From: Candidatus Dormiibacterota bacterium | Lineage (GTDB): Bacteria; Chloroflexota; Dormibacteria; Aeolococcales; Aeolococcaceae | Reading direction: 5' to 3' | Length of the DNA: 64,000 bases | NCBI GenBank assembly: GCA_963718525.1 | Contig: OY970355.1 | Span: forward strand, 3,104,001 to 3,168,000 | Shown here: piece by piece, positions 50,906 to 60,637 of the stretch | Position numbering within the stretch: position 1 is the stretch's first letter | Layout of the letters: every line of letters begins with the position of its first letter | The notes under the pieces: generated by a model | What the model saw: only the letters and a program-made list of their open reading frames with translations | Told to the model about the DNA's origin: nothing | Database searches by the model: none | Program-made: the position numbers and the translations under genes

Positions 50906-52051
50906 TCAGCAGATGCGGGGCAGCGGGTCTCCGATCAGCATATCGACGACCCGGGTACCCCCAAACCCCGTGTGTATGAAGACCATGCCCTCCGGCTCGG
51001 CGATGACCTCGCCGATCACCGCGGCCTCCGTGCCCTCGGGCCTGGAGCGCATCAGCTCGAGCGCACGCGAGGCGTGCTCTTTGGACACGATCGCCACGAG
51101 CTTGCCCTCGTTCGCGATGTAGAGCGGATCGATGCCGAGGATCTCGGCAACCCCACGGACCTCGTCGTGCACCGGCAGCGACGCCTCGTCGATCGCGACG
51201 GCCACACCGGCGGATTGCGCGATCTCATTGAGGACGGTCGCCACGCCGCCACGCGTCGCGTCGCGCATGAAATGGACATCGACGCCGTCGTCGAGCAGCG
51301 CAGCGGTCAACCCGTGCAGAGCCATGGTATCGCTGCGCAGGTTGTCGGCCTCGAGGTCGACATCACCGCGGGCGAGCATGACCGTGCTGCCGTGGTCACC
51401 CATCGCACCACTCAACACCACGACGTCACCGGGCACGATCCGGGATATGGCCACACGTTGTGGGAGCGCGACGATACCCACGCCGGTGGTGGTGATGAAC
51501 AGCTGATCGGCCTTGCCGCGGGGGACCACCTTGGTATCGCCGGTGACAACGTTGACGCCGGCGCGGTCTGCGGCGCGACGCATCAACTCGACGACGCGAC
51601 GGAGCGTCGCAACGTCAAGGCCCTCCTCGAGGATGAACGCGGCAGCGATGCCGAGCGGAGTTGCGCCACCAACGGCAAGGTCGTTGATCGTTCCATTGAC
51701 CGCGAGCTCGCCGATGTCGCCACCCGGGAAGAAGAGCGGGCTCACCACGAACGAGTCCGTGGTCACGGCGATGCCGGCGTTGTCGGCGCCGGGGAGCGTG
51801 AGCACCGCCTGGTCTCCCATCTGGTCCAGCACCGGGTTGCTGAGGATGTCACCGAAGAGCGCGGTGACCAGGGTATGGCTGGCCTTGCCTCCCGCGCCAT
51901 GGCTCATCGTGATCGCGTCCTCGCGCAGCGACGGCTTGCGCTTGCGAATCTCGGCGATGCGCTCGAGCACGCGCTGTTCGGGATCGGCAATGCGCGCCGC
52001 TGCCGCCTTGATCGCAGCACCGCTGCCGGGTTGGACGACTGTGTCAGTCAT
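50906..52051 (-). CDS. hypE: Hydrogenase maturation protein HypE
   Basis: HGAGGK, TTDSFVV, GDTKVV, RDATRGG, C-terminal PRIC. Confidence 0.97.
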   Translation of the reverse strand: MTDTVVQPGSGAAIKAAAARIADPEQRVLERIAEIRKRKPSLREDAITMSHGAGGKASHTLVTALFGDILSNPVLDQMGDQAVLTLPGADNAGIAVTTDSFVVSPLFFPGGDIGELAVNGTINDLAVGGATPLGIAAAFILEEGLDVATLRRVVELMRRAADRAGVNVVTGDTKVVPRGKADQLFITTTGVGIVALPQRVAISRIVPGDVVVLSGAMGDHGSTVMLARGDVDLEADNLRSDTMALHGLTAALLDDGVDVHFMRDATRGGVATVLNEIAQSAGVAVAIDEASLPVHDEVRGVAEILGIDPLYIANEGKLVAIVSKEHASRALELMRSRPEGTEAAVIGEVIAEPEGMVFIHTGFGGTRVVDMLIGDPLPRIC

Positions 52052-53268
52052 CGTGTCTGCACCGGGATCGCTCGGAGCTCGTGCTCGGCGAGGGCTCCGT
52101 TGCTATGACCGTTGCCGTTGCCATTGCCGTTCGGCCGGTCACCCGACGCAAGCACGCGTTCGCGCTCGCGGGCTCGAGAGTACCGGCCGAAGTTGTAGTA
52201 CGCCGCGCATGCCCCTTCGGACGACACCATGCACGTGCCGATCGGCGTCTCGGGCGTGCACGCGGTGCCGAACACCTTGCACTCCCAAGGCTTGAGCACG
52301 CCTTTGAGCACCTCACCGCACTGGCATGCCTTGGGGTCGGCAACGCGAACACCGGGCACGGAGAACACCTTCTCGGCGTCGTAGTCGGCGAACTCGTCCT
52401 GGAGCTCGAGGGCACTCTGGCTGATGAATCCGAGACCGCGCCACTCGAAATGAGAGCGCAGCTTGAAGACGCGCGCGAGAACCTCGAGCGCCTTGGGGTT
52501 GCCGTCGTCGTGGACCACGCGCTTGTACTGGTTCTCCACCTCGCAGCGTCCCTCGTGGATCTGCTGGATGATCATATGCACGCCCTGGAGGATGTCGAGC
52601 GGCTCGAATCCAACCACGACCACCGGTTTGTGATAGGTGTTGGTCACGAACTCGAAGGGCCTGATCCCGACCACGGTGGAGACGTGTCCCGGGCCGAGGA
52701 ATCCGTCGAGCTGCAGATCCGGTAAGTCGAGGATGGCCTTCATCGGCGGGATGATCGTCACGTGGTTGCAGAACACGAACAGGTTGCGGATGCCCTCGGC
52801 CTTCGCGCGCATCAGGGTCAGCGCCGTCGACGGCGCGGTGGTCTCGAAGCCGATCGCGTAGAACACCACCTTTCGGTCGGGGTTCTGCTGCGCGATCTTC
52901 AACGCGTCAAGCGGCGAGTACACCATGCGCACGTCTGCGCCGGCAGCCTTGGCGTCGAGCAGGCTGCCGTCGCTGCCGGGGACACGCATCAGGTCGCCAA
53001 AGCACGTGAAGATGACTCCGGGCTCGTGGGCAACGGCGATGCCGTCGTCGAGGCGACCCATCGGGATCACGCACACAGGGCAGCCCGGGCCGTGCACCAG
53101 CTCGACGTTGCTCGGCAGCAGGTCCTCGATGCCGTACTTGAAAATCGTGTGCGTGTGCCCGCCGCACACCTCCATGATCTTCCAGTGCTTGTCGCCGGCC
53201 TCGGCGGCAATGCGGGCCCCCAGCGCCCGGGCAAGATCCGCGTCTCGGAATTCGTCTGCGAATTTCAT
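52048..53268 (-). CDS. hypD: Hydrogenase maturation protein HypD
   Basis: MEVCGGHTH, GPGCPVC, PGHVS, CMVSSEGACAA. Confidence 0.97.
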   Translation of the reverse strand: MKFADEFRDADLARALGARIAAEAGDKHWKIMEVCGGHTHTIFKYGIEDLLPSNVELVHGPGCPVCVIPMGRLDDGIAVAHEPGVIFTCFGDLMRVPGSDGSLLDAKAAGADVRMVYSPLDALKIAQQNPDRKVVFYAIGFETTAPSTALTLMRAKAEGIRNLFVFCNHVTIIPPMKAILDLPDLQLDGFLGPGHVSTVVGIRPFEFVTNTYHKPVVVVGFEPLDILQGVHMIIQQIHEGRCEVENQYKRVVHDDGNPKALEVLARVFKLRSHFEWRGLGFISQSALELQDEFADYDAEKVFSVPGVRVADPKACQCGEVLKGVLKPWECKVFGTACTPETPIGTCMVSSEGACAAYYNFGRYSRARERERVLASGDRPNGNGNGNGHSNGALAEHELRAIPVQTR

Positions 53269-53594
53269 ACGCCGGCGGTCCCGTTGGCATCGCGATAGTT
53301 GGCGCCGACCAGCTCCTCCTCCATCGCCTGCCACTCGCGGATCTGCTGGACCTCGTCGTGGTACGCCGGGCCCATCTCCTCGAGGATGCGCAACGTCTCC
53401 GCGGCCTCGGTCTCGCTCACCCGGCTCAGCGCGAAGCCCACGTGCACGAGCACGTACTCGCCGGGCTCGGTGGCGTCCTCACCGACCAGCAGCGACGTGT
53501 TGATACGGCGGTGCACGCCGCCGAGCTCGACCTTGCCATACATACGGTCTGCGTCGACATACTCGACGAGACGGGCGGGAATCGCTAGGCACAT
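53265..53594 (-). CDS. hypC: Hydrogenase chaperone HypC
   Basis: MCLAIPA...VLVHVGFA. Confidence 0.96.
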   Translation of the reverse strand: MCLAIPARLVEYVDADRMYGKVELGGVHRRINTSLLVGEDATEPGEYVLVHVGFALSRVSETEAAETLRILEEMGPAYHDEVQQIREWQAMEEELVGANYRDANGTAGV

Positions 53595-54262
53595 GCCGGC
53601 TCTCCTTCAAGTGCACGTTGCACCAACTCGGTGAGGAGGTGATAGAGGGTCATCTGCACCTCCTGAATCCGGTGGATGCTGCTGGATCGAACGACGAAGC
53701 AGTGATCACTGACCTGTTCGCGAGCAAGCCGTCCCCCGTCGTAGCCACAGATCGCCACTGTGTACATGCCGCGACGACGTGCTTCGCCCAGCCCGCGAAC
53801 GAGGTTCTCGGAATTCCCGCTCGTCGACACGGCGACCACCACATCGTCGGTGCGTCCCAGCGCGATGATCTGACGCACGAAGACGTCGCCGAAGCCGACG
53901 TCATTGCCGATCCCCGTGACCACGGCGACATCGTTGGTCAGGCAGAGCGCCGGAATCGGACGGTGATTGCCCGACGGCACGAGCATCTCGGTCACCATGT
54001 CCGCGGCCGACGTGGCGCTGCCGCCGTTGCCGAGTCCCAGCAACCGTCCGCCTCGCTCGAATGCAGCGGCCATCCTCTGCGCAGCGACAAGGATCTCGTC
54101 ACCGAACTCGTCGAGCAACTCCAGACGGAGGCGGTTGCTCTCGGCTGATTTCTCGAGCGGAGCGCGAGCAAGCTCCAGGACGAGTTCAGCACCCGCCGCC
54201 GGTTGCGGGCTCAACATCGGATACAGGAGTTGCGAGAACGGATCGCGCCCGGATTCGGTCAC
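53585..54262 (-). CDS. SIS-domain (GmhA-like) protein
   Basis: GNGGSATSA, GIGND, STSGNSEN, IQEV. Confidence 0.85.
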   Translation of the reverse strand: MTESGRDPFSQLLYPMLSPQPAAGAELVLELARAPLEKSAESNRLRLELLDEFGDEILVAAQRMAAAFERGGRLLGLGNGGSATSAADMVTEMLVPSGNHRPIPALCLTNDVAVVTGIGNDVGFGDVFVRQIIALGRTDDVVVAVSTSGNSENLVRGLGEARRRGMYTVAICGYDGGRLAREQVSDHCFVVRSSSIHRIQEVQMTLYHLLTELVQRALEGEPACA

Positions 54263-54486
54263 GAGCCGACCTCCACCGCCGCGGCGCGCTGGAGCGCCAC
54301 ACCGCCGTGGCAGAGCAGCACGTCACCGACCGCCACGCCGCCGAGCAGGTCGATGCCGATCTCGACCTCGGCATCGTCGATCGTGCAGCGCGCGATGCCC
54401 GCCGCCGTATCGACCTCCGTAACCACCACGCTCAGAAGCTGATCCGAACACGTGATGCAGACCTCGTCGTGGCACTCGGCACTCAT
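54259..54486 (-). CDS. HypC-like small protein
   Basis: CHDEVCITCSD...VGDVLLCHGGVAL. Confidence 0.75.
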   Translation of the reverse strand: MSAECHDEVCITCSDQLLSVVVTEVDTAAGIARCTIDDAEVEIGIDLLGGVAVGDVLLCHGGVALQRAAAVEVGS

Positions 54487-55118
54487 GAGACGTCTCCGAT
54501 GCCGCGGTGGTTGAGGACGATATGCACGAGCTCCCAGAGCATGTGGTACGTCGCCAGGTGCAATTCGTGCGCGCTGCTCCGGTCGCTCCCGCGCACGTGG
54601 AAGACGTAATCGGCCTGTGCCGTACCGTCGCCGCTGTCAGCCGATGTGAGCGCGACGGTGAGCATGCCCTGCGCGGTGCCCGCCTCGAGCCCCCTCGTGA
54701 TCGATGGGTGCGCCGGCGCATGCGCGAACGCCAGCGCGATATCGCCGGATCGGCCGAGAATGCGCAATTGGTGCGCGTAGACTTCCACAGCCGCGTTCCC
54801 CTGCAGGATCCCGGTGACCGTCGCCATGTCGTTGGTCAGCGACAGCGCGGGCAGTGCACGGCATCCCGGCAGCACGGGATGGACGAACTCCACCGAATTG
54901 TGCTGCGCGTCCGTCGCGTGCGCTCCCGAACCGAACACCAGCAGGGTTCCGCCGGCGAAGAAGCGGTCTGCCATCGCCGCGGCACAACCCGCGATGTCCT
55001 GCGCGTAACGGTCGAAATACTCTTCGCCCGAACGATTCGACGCCGCGACGCGCTCTGCAAGAAACGCACGACCGGTGGCGAGCATCGCGTCGCGGTCGGG
55101 TCGTACCTGCACCGTCAT
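54483..55118 (-). CDS. Second SIS-domain (GmhA-like) protein
   Basis: FGSGAHATDAQH, VEFVHP, LPALSLTND, YHMLWELVH. Confidence 0.85.
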   Translation of the reverse strand: MTVQVRPDRDAMLATGRAFLAERVAASNRSGEEYFDRYAQDIAGCAAAMADRFFAGGTLLVFGSGAHATDAQHNSVEFVHPVLPGCRALPALSLTNDMATVTGILQGNAAVEVYAHQLRILGRSGDIALAFAHAPAHPSITRGLEAGTAQGMLTVALTSADSGDGTAQADYVFHVRGSDRSSAHELHLATYHMLWELVHIVLNHRGIGDVS

Positions 55119-55119
55119 G

Positions 55120-57483
55120 TCACCTCACCTCGCGGGTCTGTGATGCCGCGACCAGCGCCTGGCCGAGGCTGATGCCACCGTCGTTGGCCGGGACCTGTTG
55201 ATTGGTATAGACGAAACGATCCCGCTCGCGCAACAGGTGCTCCACTCGAGACAGGAGCAGGGCATTCTGAAAGACGCCACCACTCAATGCGATGCGGTTC
55301 ACGCCCCATGCCGCAGCGAGTCGCACGCAGACGGCTGCGATGCCGCGTGCCAGGCTTTCGTGGAACATCGCCGCGAGCTCCTCCACCGCCCTGCCGCGCT
55401 GCCGCTCGCGGAAAAGGGTCCGAACCAGCGCGACGGTGTCGAGCACGACCGGATCGCCGCCGTGTCCGAAGTCGACGACGTCGAACGACGACGGGTCACC
55501 CGCCGACGATGCCAGCGCCTCGAGGCGCATCGCAGCTTCGGCCTCGAAGGTCGACTGATGGGCAACCCCGATCAGGCTGGCGACGGCGTCGAACAGGCGG
55601 CCCGCGCTGGTGGTGATCGGGGCGGTCTGTGAGGTGGCAAGTCGTGACACGAGCCGCCACTGGCGCTCATCCGGCGCACCCGACGCGCCGCCGAACCAGC
55701 CGGGCGCTCTGTCTCCGAGCTCGCCGGCCGCCGCCAGGTACGCGATCGCCATGCGCCAGCCTTCGCGGGCACAGGCGTCACCGCCTGGCTGGCGAACCGC
55801 CGCGATATGCCCGACACGGCGGTACGTGCGCTCGTCGCACAGGAGAAACTCACCGCCCCAGATGGACTGATCGGGCCCGAACCCGACACCGTCGAAAGCA
55901 ACTCCAAGGACCGAGCCGCGCAGGCCGTGCTCGGCGAGCACGCTGGCAATGTGCGCGTGGTGATGCTGGACGCGGATGGCGCGAGCACCCGAGTCCCACC
56001 ACCGCTCAGCCAGGCGGCTGGACGCGTAGTCGGGATGCAGGTCGGCCGCGACGGTGGCGGGGTGTGCACGGAACAGTCGAAGGTACGTCCGCAGCGCCTC
56101 GTCCTGGTGCTCCAGCGTCCGCGGGCTGTCGAGATCACCGATATGAGGGCCGGTGAACGCGTTGCCGCCATGCAGAATGCAGAAGGTGTTCTTCAGGTGC
56201 GCGCCCAAGGCGAGGACCTGCCCGCCCGGCGACTCGAGAGGTACTGGAAGCGGGCAGTAGCCGCGAGCGCGCCGGATCATGTGCGTGGTTCCGTCGACAA
56301 CGCGCACGACGGAGTCGTCATAGCGCGCGTAGATGTCCCGGTCGTGCAGGAGGAAGTGGTCGGCAATGCCACCGAGCCGCCGCAATGCTTCGCCGTTGTC
56401 CTTGGCGATCGGCTCCTCGCTGACGTTGCCACTGGTCATGACCAGCATCCCGCCGGTGGCATGCAGCAGGAGGTGATGCAGCGGCGTGTACGGGAGCATG
56501 ACGCCAAGCTCATCCAGCCCCGGAGCCACCGGGCCGGCGACAGAGACCGCGTCACGATCGCGCCGGCGCCGGAGCAGGACGATCGGCCTCGCCGACCCCT
56601 CGAGGAGAGCACCCTCGACGCCACTGACGACGCACAGGCTCCGGGCCGCCGCAATATCCGGGCACATCACGGCAAACGGCTTCGCCGGCCGGTGCTTGCG
56701 GTCCCTCAGGCGCATGACCGTGGCACCGTCGCGTGCGTCGCAGCAAAGCTGGAAGCCGCCCAATCCCTTCAGCGCGATGATCTCGCCGCGGGCAATCGCC
56801 GCCCCCGCGAGCTCGATCGCGTCCCCGGTAACCTCGGTCCCGCACGAGTCCGTGCACCAGAGGCGTGGGCCGCAGACGGGGCATGCGTTCGGCTGGGCAT
56901 GAAAGCGTCGATCCGCGGGGTCCTCGTATTCGCGCCTGCATGCGTCGCACATCGCGAAGTGGCGCATGGTCGTCAGCGGACGGTCGTACGGGATGTCCTC
57001 GATGATCGTGAAGCGGGGACCGCAATTGGTGCAGTTGGTGAACGGGTAGCCATGGCGTCGATTGCCGGCGTCCAGGATGTCGGCGTGGCACTCGGAGCAT
57101 GTCGCGGCATCGGGTGCAAGCGGCTGATAGTCGCCGTCGATCGCACGGCTCTCCACGATGCGGAACCCCTCATCTCCGACCGCTTCGAGCTTGGTCGCCT
57201 CGACGGCATCGATCCGAGCGAGGCGTGGCGCATCCTCGCGCAACGCGACGGCAAAGCACTCGAGCGCGCGCCGATCACCCTCGACCTCGATGATCACGGC
57301 GCCCGACGTGTTGCAGACCGAGCCGCTGAGCTCGAGACGGGTCGCGAGGTTCCAGACGAACGGACGGAAGCCCACCCCTTGAACCACACCATGCACGGCG
57401 AACCCCAGCCGCTCACGCGCGCAACCAGCGGATGCACCCGCATCCGCTGCGTGGGCCGTGGTGGGCTGGGTCGCGACGCTCAT
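55120..57483 (-). CDS. hypF: Carbamoyltransferase HypF
   Basis: GVVQGVGFRP, CTNCGPR, FHAQPNACPVCGP, QHHHAH, PANDGGISLGQ. Confidence 0.97.
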   Translation of the reverse strand: MSVATQPTTAHAADAGASAGCARERLGFAVHGVVQGVGFRPFVWNLATRLELSGSVCNTSGAVIIEVEGDRRALECFAVALREDAPRLARIDAVEATKLEAVGDEGFRIVESRAIDGDYQPLAPDAATCSECHADILDAGNRRHGYPFTNCTNCGPRFTIIEDIPYDRPLTTMRHFAMCDACRREYEDPADRRFHAQPNACPVCGPRLWCTDSCGTEVTGDAIELAGAAIARGEIIALKGLGGFQLCCDARDGATVMRLRDRKHRPAKPFAVMCPDIAAARSLCVVSGVEGALLEGSARPIVLLRRRRDRDAVSVAGPVAPGLDELGVMLPYTPLHHLLLHATGGMLVMTSGNVSEEPIAKDNGEALRRLGGIADHFLLHDRDIYARYDDSVVRVVDGTTHMIRRARGYCPLPVPLESPGGQVLALGAHLKNTFCILHGGNAFTGPHIGDLDSPRTLEHQDEALRTYLRLFRAHPATVAADLHPDYASSRLAERWWDSGARAIRVQHHHAHIASVLAEHGLRGSVLGVAFDGVGFGPDQSIWGGEFLLCDERTYRRVGHIAAVRQPGGDACAREGWRMAIAYLAAAGELGDRAPGWFGGASGAPDERQWRLVSRLATSQTAPITTSAGRLFDAVASLIGVAHQSTFEAEAAMRLEALASSAGDPSSFDVVDFGHGGDPVVLDTVALVRTLFRERQRGRAVEELAAMFHESLARGIAAVCVRLAAAWGVNRIALSGGVFQNALLLSRVEHLLRERDRFVYTNQQVPANDGGISLGQALVAASQTREVR

Positions 57484-57487
57484 CGCC

Positions 57488-57682
57488 TCACGCTGCGCGC
57501 AGATGATCCGCCGTCGAGCTGAAGCGCTCCTCGAGGAAGCCGGTCGCCAGGCTCACCGCCATCTGCACCTCGTCACGTGCCGCGAACTTCTTCGCCGCCT
57601 CGACCAGTTCATCGAAACGCTCCTTGCCCGCGCGAGTTCCGAGCACGTATCCGATCCCGAAGATCACAAGTTTCTCAAGCAT
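57488..57682 (-). CDS. Small membrane-anchored protein
   Basis: FGIGYVLGTRAGKERFDEL motif. Confidence 0.65.
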   Translation of the reverse strand: MLEKLVIFGIGYVLGTRAGKERFDELVEAAKKFAARDEVQMAVSLATGFLEERFSSTADHLRAA

Positions 57683-57710
57683 GCCATTCCACTCCAAAAT
57701 GCCCTAAATG

Positions 57711-58223
57711 CTATGACTTCCCTACGGCCACGACGTGGACCTGCAGGTCAACCTCCGGTTCCACCTTCAGGATGATCAGACGCGGCGGGTCGATCCCAAA
57801 GTCCTTGACGTTGATCACCTGCTGCCCATCGATGGTCAAGGTGTTTCCGCTTGCCGTCAGTGTCACGTCCCCGGTGATGTCCTTGGTAATGCCGTGCAGG
57901 GTGAGCCGCGCCGTCACACGATACCGGCCGTCACCGTCGAGCGCCTCACCGTGGGTGACCACCGCGCTGATCGACGGGTATCGCGACGTGTCGAAGCGGC
58001 GCCGCATCTCCCGGTCCTGGAGACCGTTTCCCGACTTGATCGCCTCCACCGGCAACGTCAACTCCGCGCGGTACGGCTGATCGAGACGCGGCTTTCCCTG
58101 TTCGTCAAGCTCGCACTCGATGAACCCGGTGAGCGCGTTCGCAGTGATGTGCGACGGATGGAGGTTGACTCGGAGGCCGACCTGGACCGTCGTTTGAGCT
58201 GTGTCGACTTCAAATCGAGCCAC
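57711..58223 (-). CDS. YceI-like protein
   Basis: IKSGNGLQD, FDTSRYP, LTLHGITK, KDFGI. Confidence 0.8.
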   Translation of the reverse strand: MARFEVDTAQTTVQVGLRVNLHPSHITANALTGFIECELDEQGKPRLDQPYRAELTLPVEAIKSGNGLQDREMRRRFDTSRYPSISAVVTHGEALDGDGRYRVTARLTLHGITKDITGDVTLTASGNTLTIDGQQVINVKDFGIDPPRLIILKVEPEVDLQVHVVAVGKS

Positions 58224-58241
58224 AACGCGACCTCGTGCTTT

Positions 58242-58373
58242 CTACATCGACCGGATCTTGAGATACCGTTGAATGTCCTTCGAGTTGAGCACGGCACCGA
58301 CGAAGGCACCGAGGATCAACCACTGCGCAATCGTGCGCAGCGCACTCTTCTGACCGCCGAGCATGAGCCCCAT
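58242..58373 (-). CDS. 43-aa single-TM peptide typical of group 1h hydrogenase clusters
   Basis: Hand translation MGLMLGGQKSALRTIAQWLILGAFVGAVLNSKDIQRYLKIRSM*; abuts the hypA stop. Confidence 0.7.
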   Translation of the reverse strand: MGLMLGGQKSALRTIAQWLILGAFVGAVLNSKDIQRYLKIRSM

Positions 58374-58736
58374 CTAGATTCCTCCAGGTATGCGCGCTGA
58401 TGTGACCGGCGCCGTACTGGCGCCGTTGTGGCCGGCGTGTTCATGAGCGTGCGGTGGCTCGACCACCGGTGCCCCGGGGCGGCGAAGGATCGTGGGCGGA
58501 TCCCCGTCGAGCTCGACCTCATCGACGAGGACCTCGATCCCCGGGACGGCGACGCATCGCAGCGACGCACCTTCGCAGACCGTGCCTTCGGCGAGGAGCT
58601 GAAAGCCGAACTCGAGACTGTCGGGGACGATGCGCTGCTCGTCGCCGATTCGCACGACGATGCGAGTCACCGGTCGATCCCCCGCCATGTCGATTGCGAC
58701 GGTCATGATGCCTTCCGCGAGGCCGAGCTCGTGCAT
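58374..58736 (-). CDS. hypA: HypA-like nickel chaperone lacking the Zn-binding CxxC pairs
   Basis: MHELGLA, V.IG, VPDSLEFGF, GTVCEGA; no CxxC; HAHEHAGH tail. Confidence 0.8.
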   Translation of the reverse strand: MHELGLAEGIMTVAIDMAGDRPVTRIVVRIGDEQRIVPDSLEFGFQLLAEGTVCEGASLRCVAVPGIEVLVDEVELDGDPPTILRRPGAPVVEPPHAHEHAGHNGASTAPVTSARIPGGI

Positions 58737-59254
58737 CAGGATGCACTCGTGGCGGGAGCCAGGCGCGCAAGCAGCTGCTCGACAATCGCGACAGCCTCGG
58801 GCACCGCGCCGGCGACCGGCTCGCTGAGTCCCATGCACCCTTCGTTCTCCGGTCCAAAGGTGAGCGGTTCGCAACCGACGACCGTGACGTTGCGCGGACG
58901 TCCGCCAAGCGCGCGCACCAGGGCGAACACCGAGTCCGGTGTCATCGCGTGCCCCTGGAACGACCCGTCGGCGTGATCCGGCGACGACGGCGTCTCGTCG
59001 CCGTCGAGATCCGGCTGCAGGACGTAGACGGTGCCGGGGCGTTCGCCACGGGGCATGGCGTCCACAAGGATGGTGGCGGCCGGCTCATCCAGCAGAGCAA
59101 ATGCGAGGTCGAACCCGCGAATGCCGTAATCGGCGACGCGAACGCTCTCCGCATGCTGCCGAGACGCGAGCTGCTGCGCCACCTCGACACCGAAGCCATC
59201 GTCACCAAGGAAGATGTTGCCGATTCCCGCAACCAGGATCGTGCCCTCGCTCAT
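58736..59254 (-). CDS. Hydrogenase maturation endopeptidase
   Basis: VAGIGNIFLGDDGFGV, ILVDA, GHAM, VVGCEP. Confidence 0.93.
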   Translation of the reverse strand: MSEGTILVAGIGNIFLGDDGFGVEVAQQLASRQHAESVRVADYGIRGFDLAFALLDEPAATILVDAMPRGERPGTVYVLQPDLDGDETPSSPDHADGSFQGHAMTPDSVFALVRALGGRPRNVTVVGCEPLTFGPENEGCMGLSEPVAGAVPEAVAIVEQLLARLAPATSAS

Positions 59255-59574
59255 CGCTCCTCCTCCGCGGGTGGGAGCCGCTCGAGGTCGTCGAGCCCGA
59301 AGAAGAAGCGGTGTCCCGGCTGTCGGAGCGCCCCGAGATCCTTGCCAGGGTCGTCGTCGACGAGCAACGCAACGTGGATGACATCCTCGTAGTCGCGTTC
59401 GATCGACTCGACGACGGCGGTGCGCCCGTGCAGCGCGATGTCCATGATGTCGGCGCGACGGCGCGGGCTGATCCGCACGCGGTCGCCGCGATGCAGACGC
59501 CCATCGCCCCAGCGGACCGATTCGGTGACCGAGCCCGCTTCCGGGTCCCATGCGCCGAAGTCGAAGCCGTTCAC
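59251..59574 (-). CDS. Group 1h hydrogenase-associated hypothetical protein
   Basis: GDRVRI.PRRRADIMD...DDPGKD...FFF; operon position. Confidence 0.75.
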   Translation of the reverse strand: MNGFDFGAWDPEAGSVTESVRWGDGRLHRGDRVRISPRRRADIMDIALHGRTAVVESIERDYEDVIHVALLVDDDPGKDLGALRQPGHRFFFGLDDLERLPPAEEER

Positions 59575-60635
59575 CTGCGGTCTCCTATGACAGGCTTGAT
59601 TTCGCGAATGGTGCCGTGCAACCGCATCATGTCGTCGCCGGTGAGTGCTTCGGTGCGATCCAGGAGGGCCCGCGCACGTCCGTCGGCAGCGCGCATCTCT
59701 GCCTTCTCGTCATCGGTCAGGGCCAGGATTCGCAGGCTCAAGATCTCGTCGATCTCGGTGGCATCGAAGAGATCGCCCGAGGATTCCGGTGCGACCTGGG
59801 GATGGTCTTCAAGGATGATCGGTGAGGCGAGGATCGTGTCCGAGTCCGCCGGGTCCCCAACCAGCACCGGCCAGAGCCCGAGGTTCCGGCACGCCGCGGC
59901 GGCATCGACAGCATCCGCCGGCGGGTCGGCGAGTGAGAGCCATTCACCCTCCTCCGCGATGAGGATGGCATGCGTCGAGACCAGGGAGGAACGCAGCGCG
60001 CGTTCACGGTCATGAGTGCCATCCACCCTGAACGCACTCGCGTTGCGCACCACGACGCTCACCCGGACAAGATCGTTTCCGGCCGGTTCTGCAGTCACCG
60101 TCACCTCGGCCGCCAATGGCTGACGCTCACGCTGCAGGACGCCCGCGACGAGGCCGCCTGCATCGAGGAGCGGTTCCACCTCTTCGTGCGCGGGCCAGAT
60201 GTGATCGCTGACCACCTCGCGCTCGAGGAGCGACGGCAGGGCATGGGTGCCGCAGTCGATCGAAATCTCCGTCGCCTCTTCCCACCCACGGTGGTTGACG
60301 CCGGCGACGCGCAGCTCGGCCACTTCCTCGAGCCGCCCAACTGCTTCCGCGTCGAGCGTGTCGCCCGGAGGGTCGAGCTTCGCGACGGTTCTGGTCACCA
60401 GCTGCAGAAACCGGACGCGCACGGTGACCCGTGTGGCATCGGAGCCGCGCAACAGACACTGCGTCTGGGCAGTCCACGGATCGGTGCCACCCGATGCTTC
60501 GCTCCAGGCGCGCGGATGCACCCCGCCGAACGTCCAGCGCACCCGATTCTTCACCGACGATGGCCTGTACGGGTACAGGATGTACCCCTCATAGAGCGTG
60601 GCCGCGACGAGGCGGTCGAGCGTGCTCTGGCTCAC
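59571..60635 (-). CDS. Group 1h hydrogenase-associated hypothetical protein
   Basis: LYEGYILYPYR, RWTFG, LASPIILEDHP, FDATEIDEIL. Confidence 0.8.
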   Translation of the reverse strand: MSQSTLDRLVAATLYEGYILYPYRPSSVKNRVRWTFGGVHPRAWSEASGGTDPWTAQTQCLLRGSDATRVTVRVRFLQLVTRTVAKLDPPGDTLDAEAVGRLEEVAELRVAGVNHRGWEEATEISIDCGTHALPSLLEREVVSDHIWPAHEEVEPLLDAGGLVAGVLQRERQPLAAEVTVTAEPAGNDLVRVSVVVRNASAFRVDGTHDRERALRSSLVSTHAILIAEEGEWLSLADPPADAVDAAAACRNLGLWPVLVGDPADSDTILASPIILEDHPQVAPESSGDLFDATEIDEILSLRILALTDDEKAEMRAADGRARALLDRTEALTGDDMMRLHGTIREIKPVIGDRR

Positions 60636-60637
60636 TC

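Noticed and set aside
52100-52135. Short CCGTTG-type repeats in the hypD 3' end
   Set aside because: They only encode a low-complexity NGNGNG tail.
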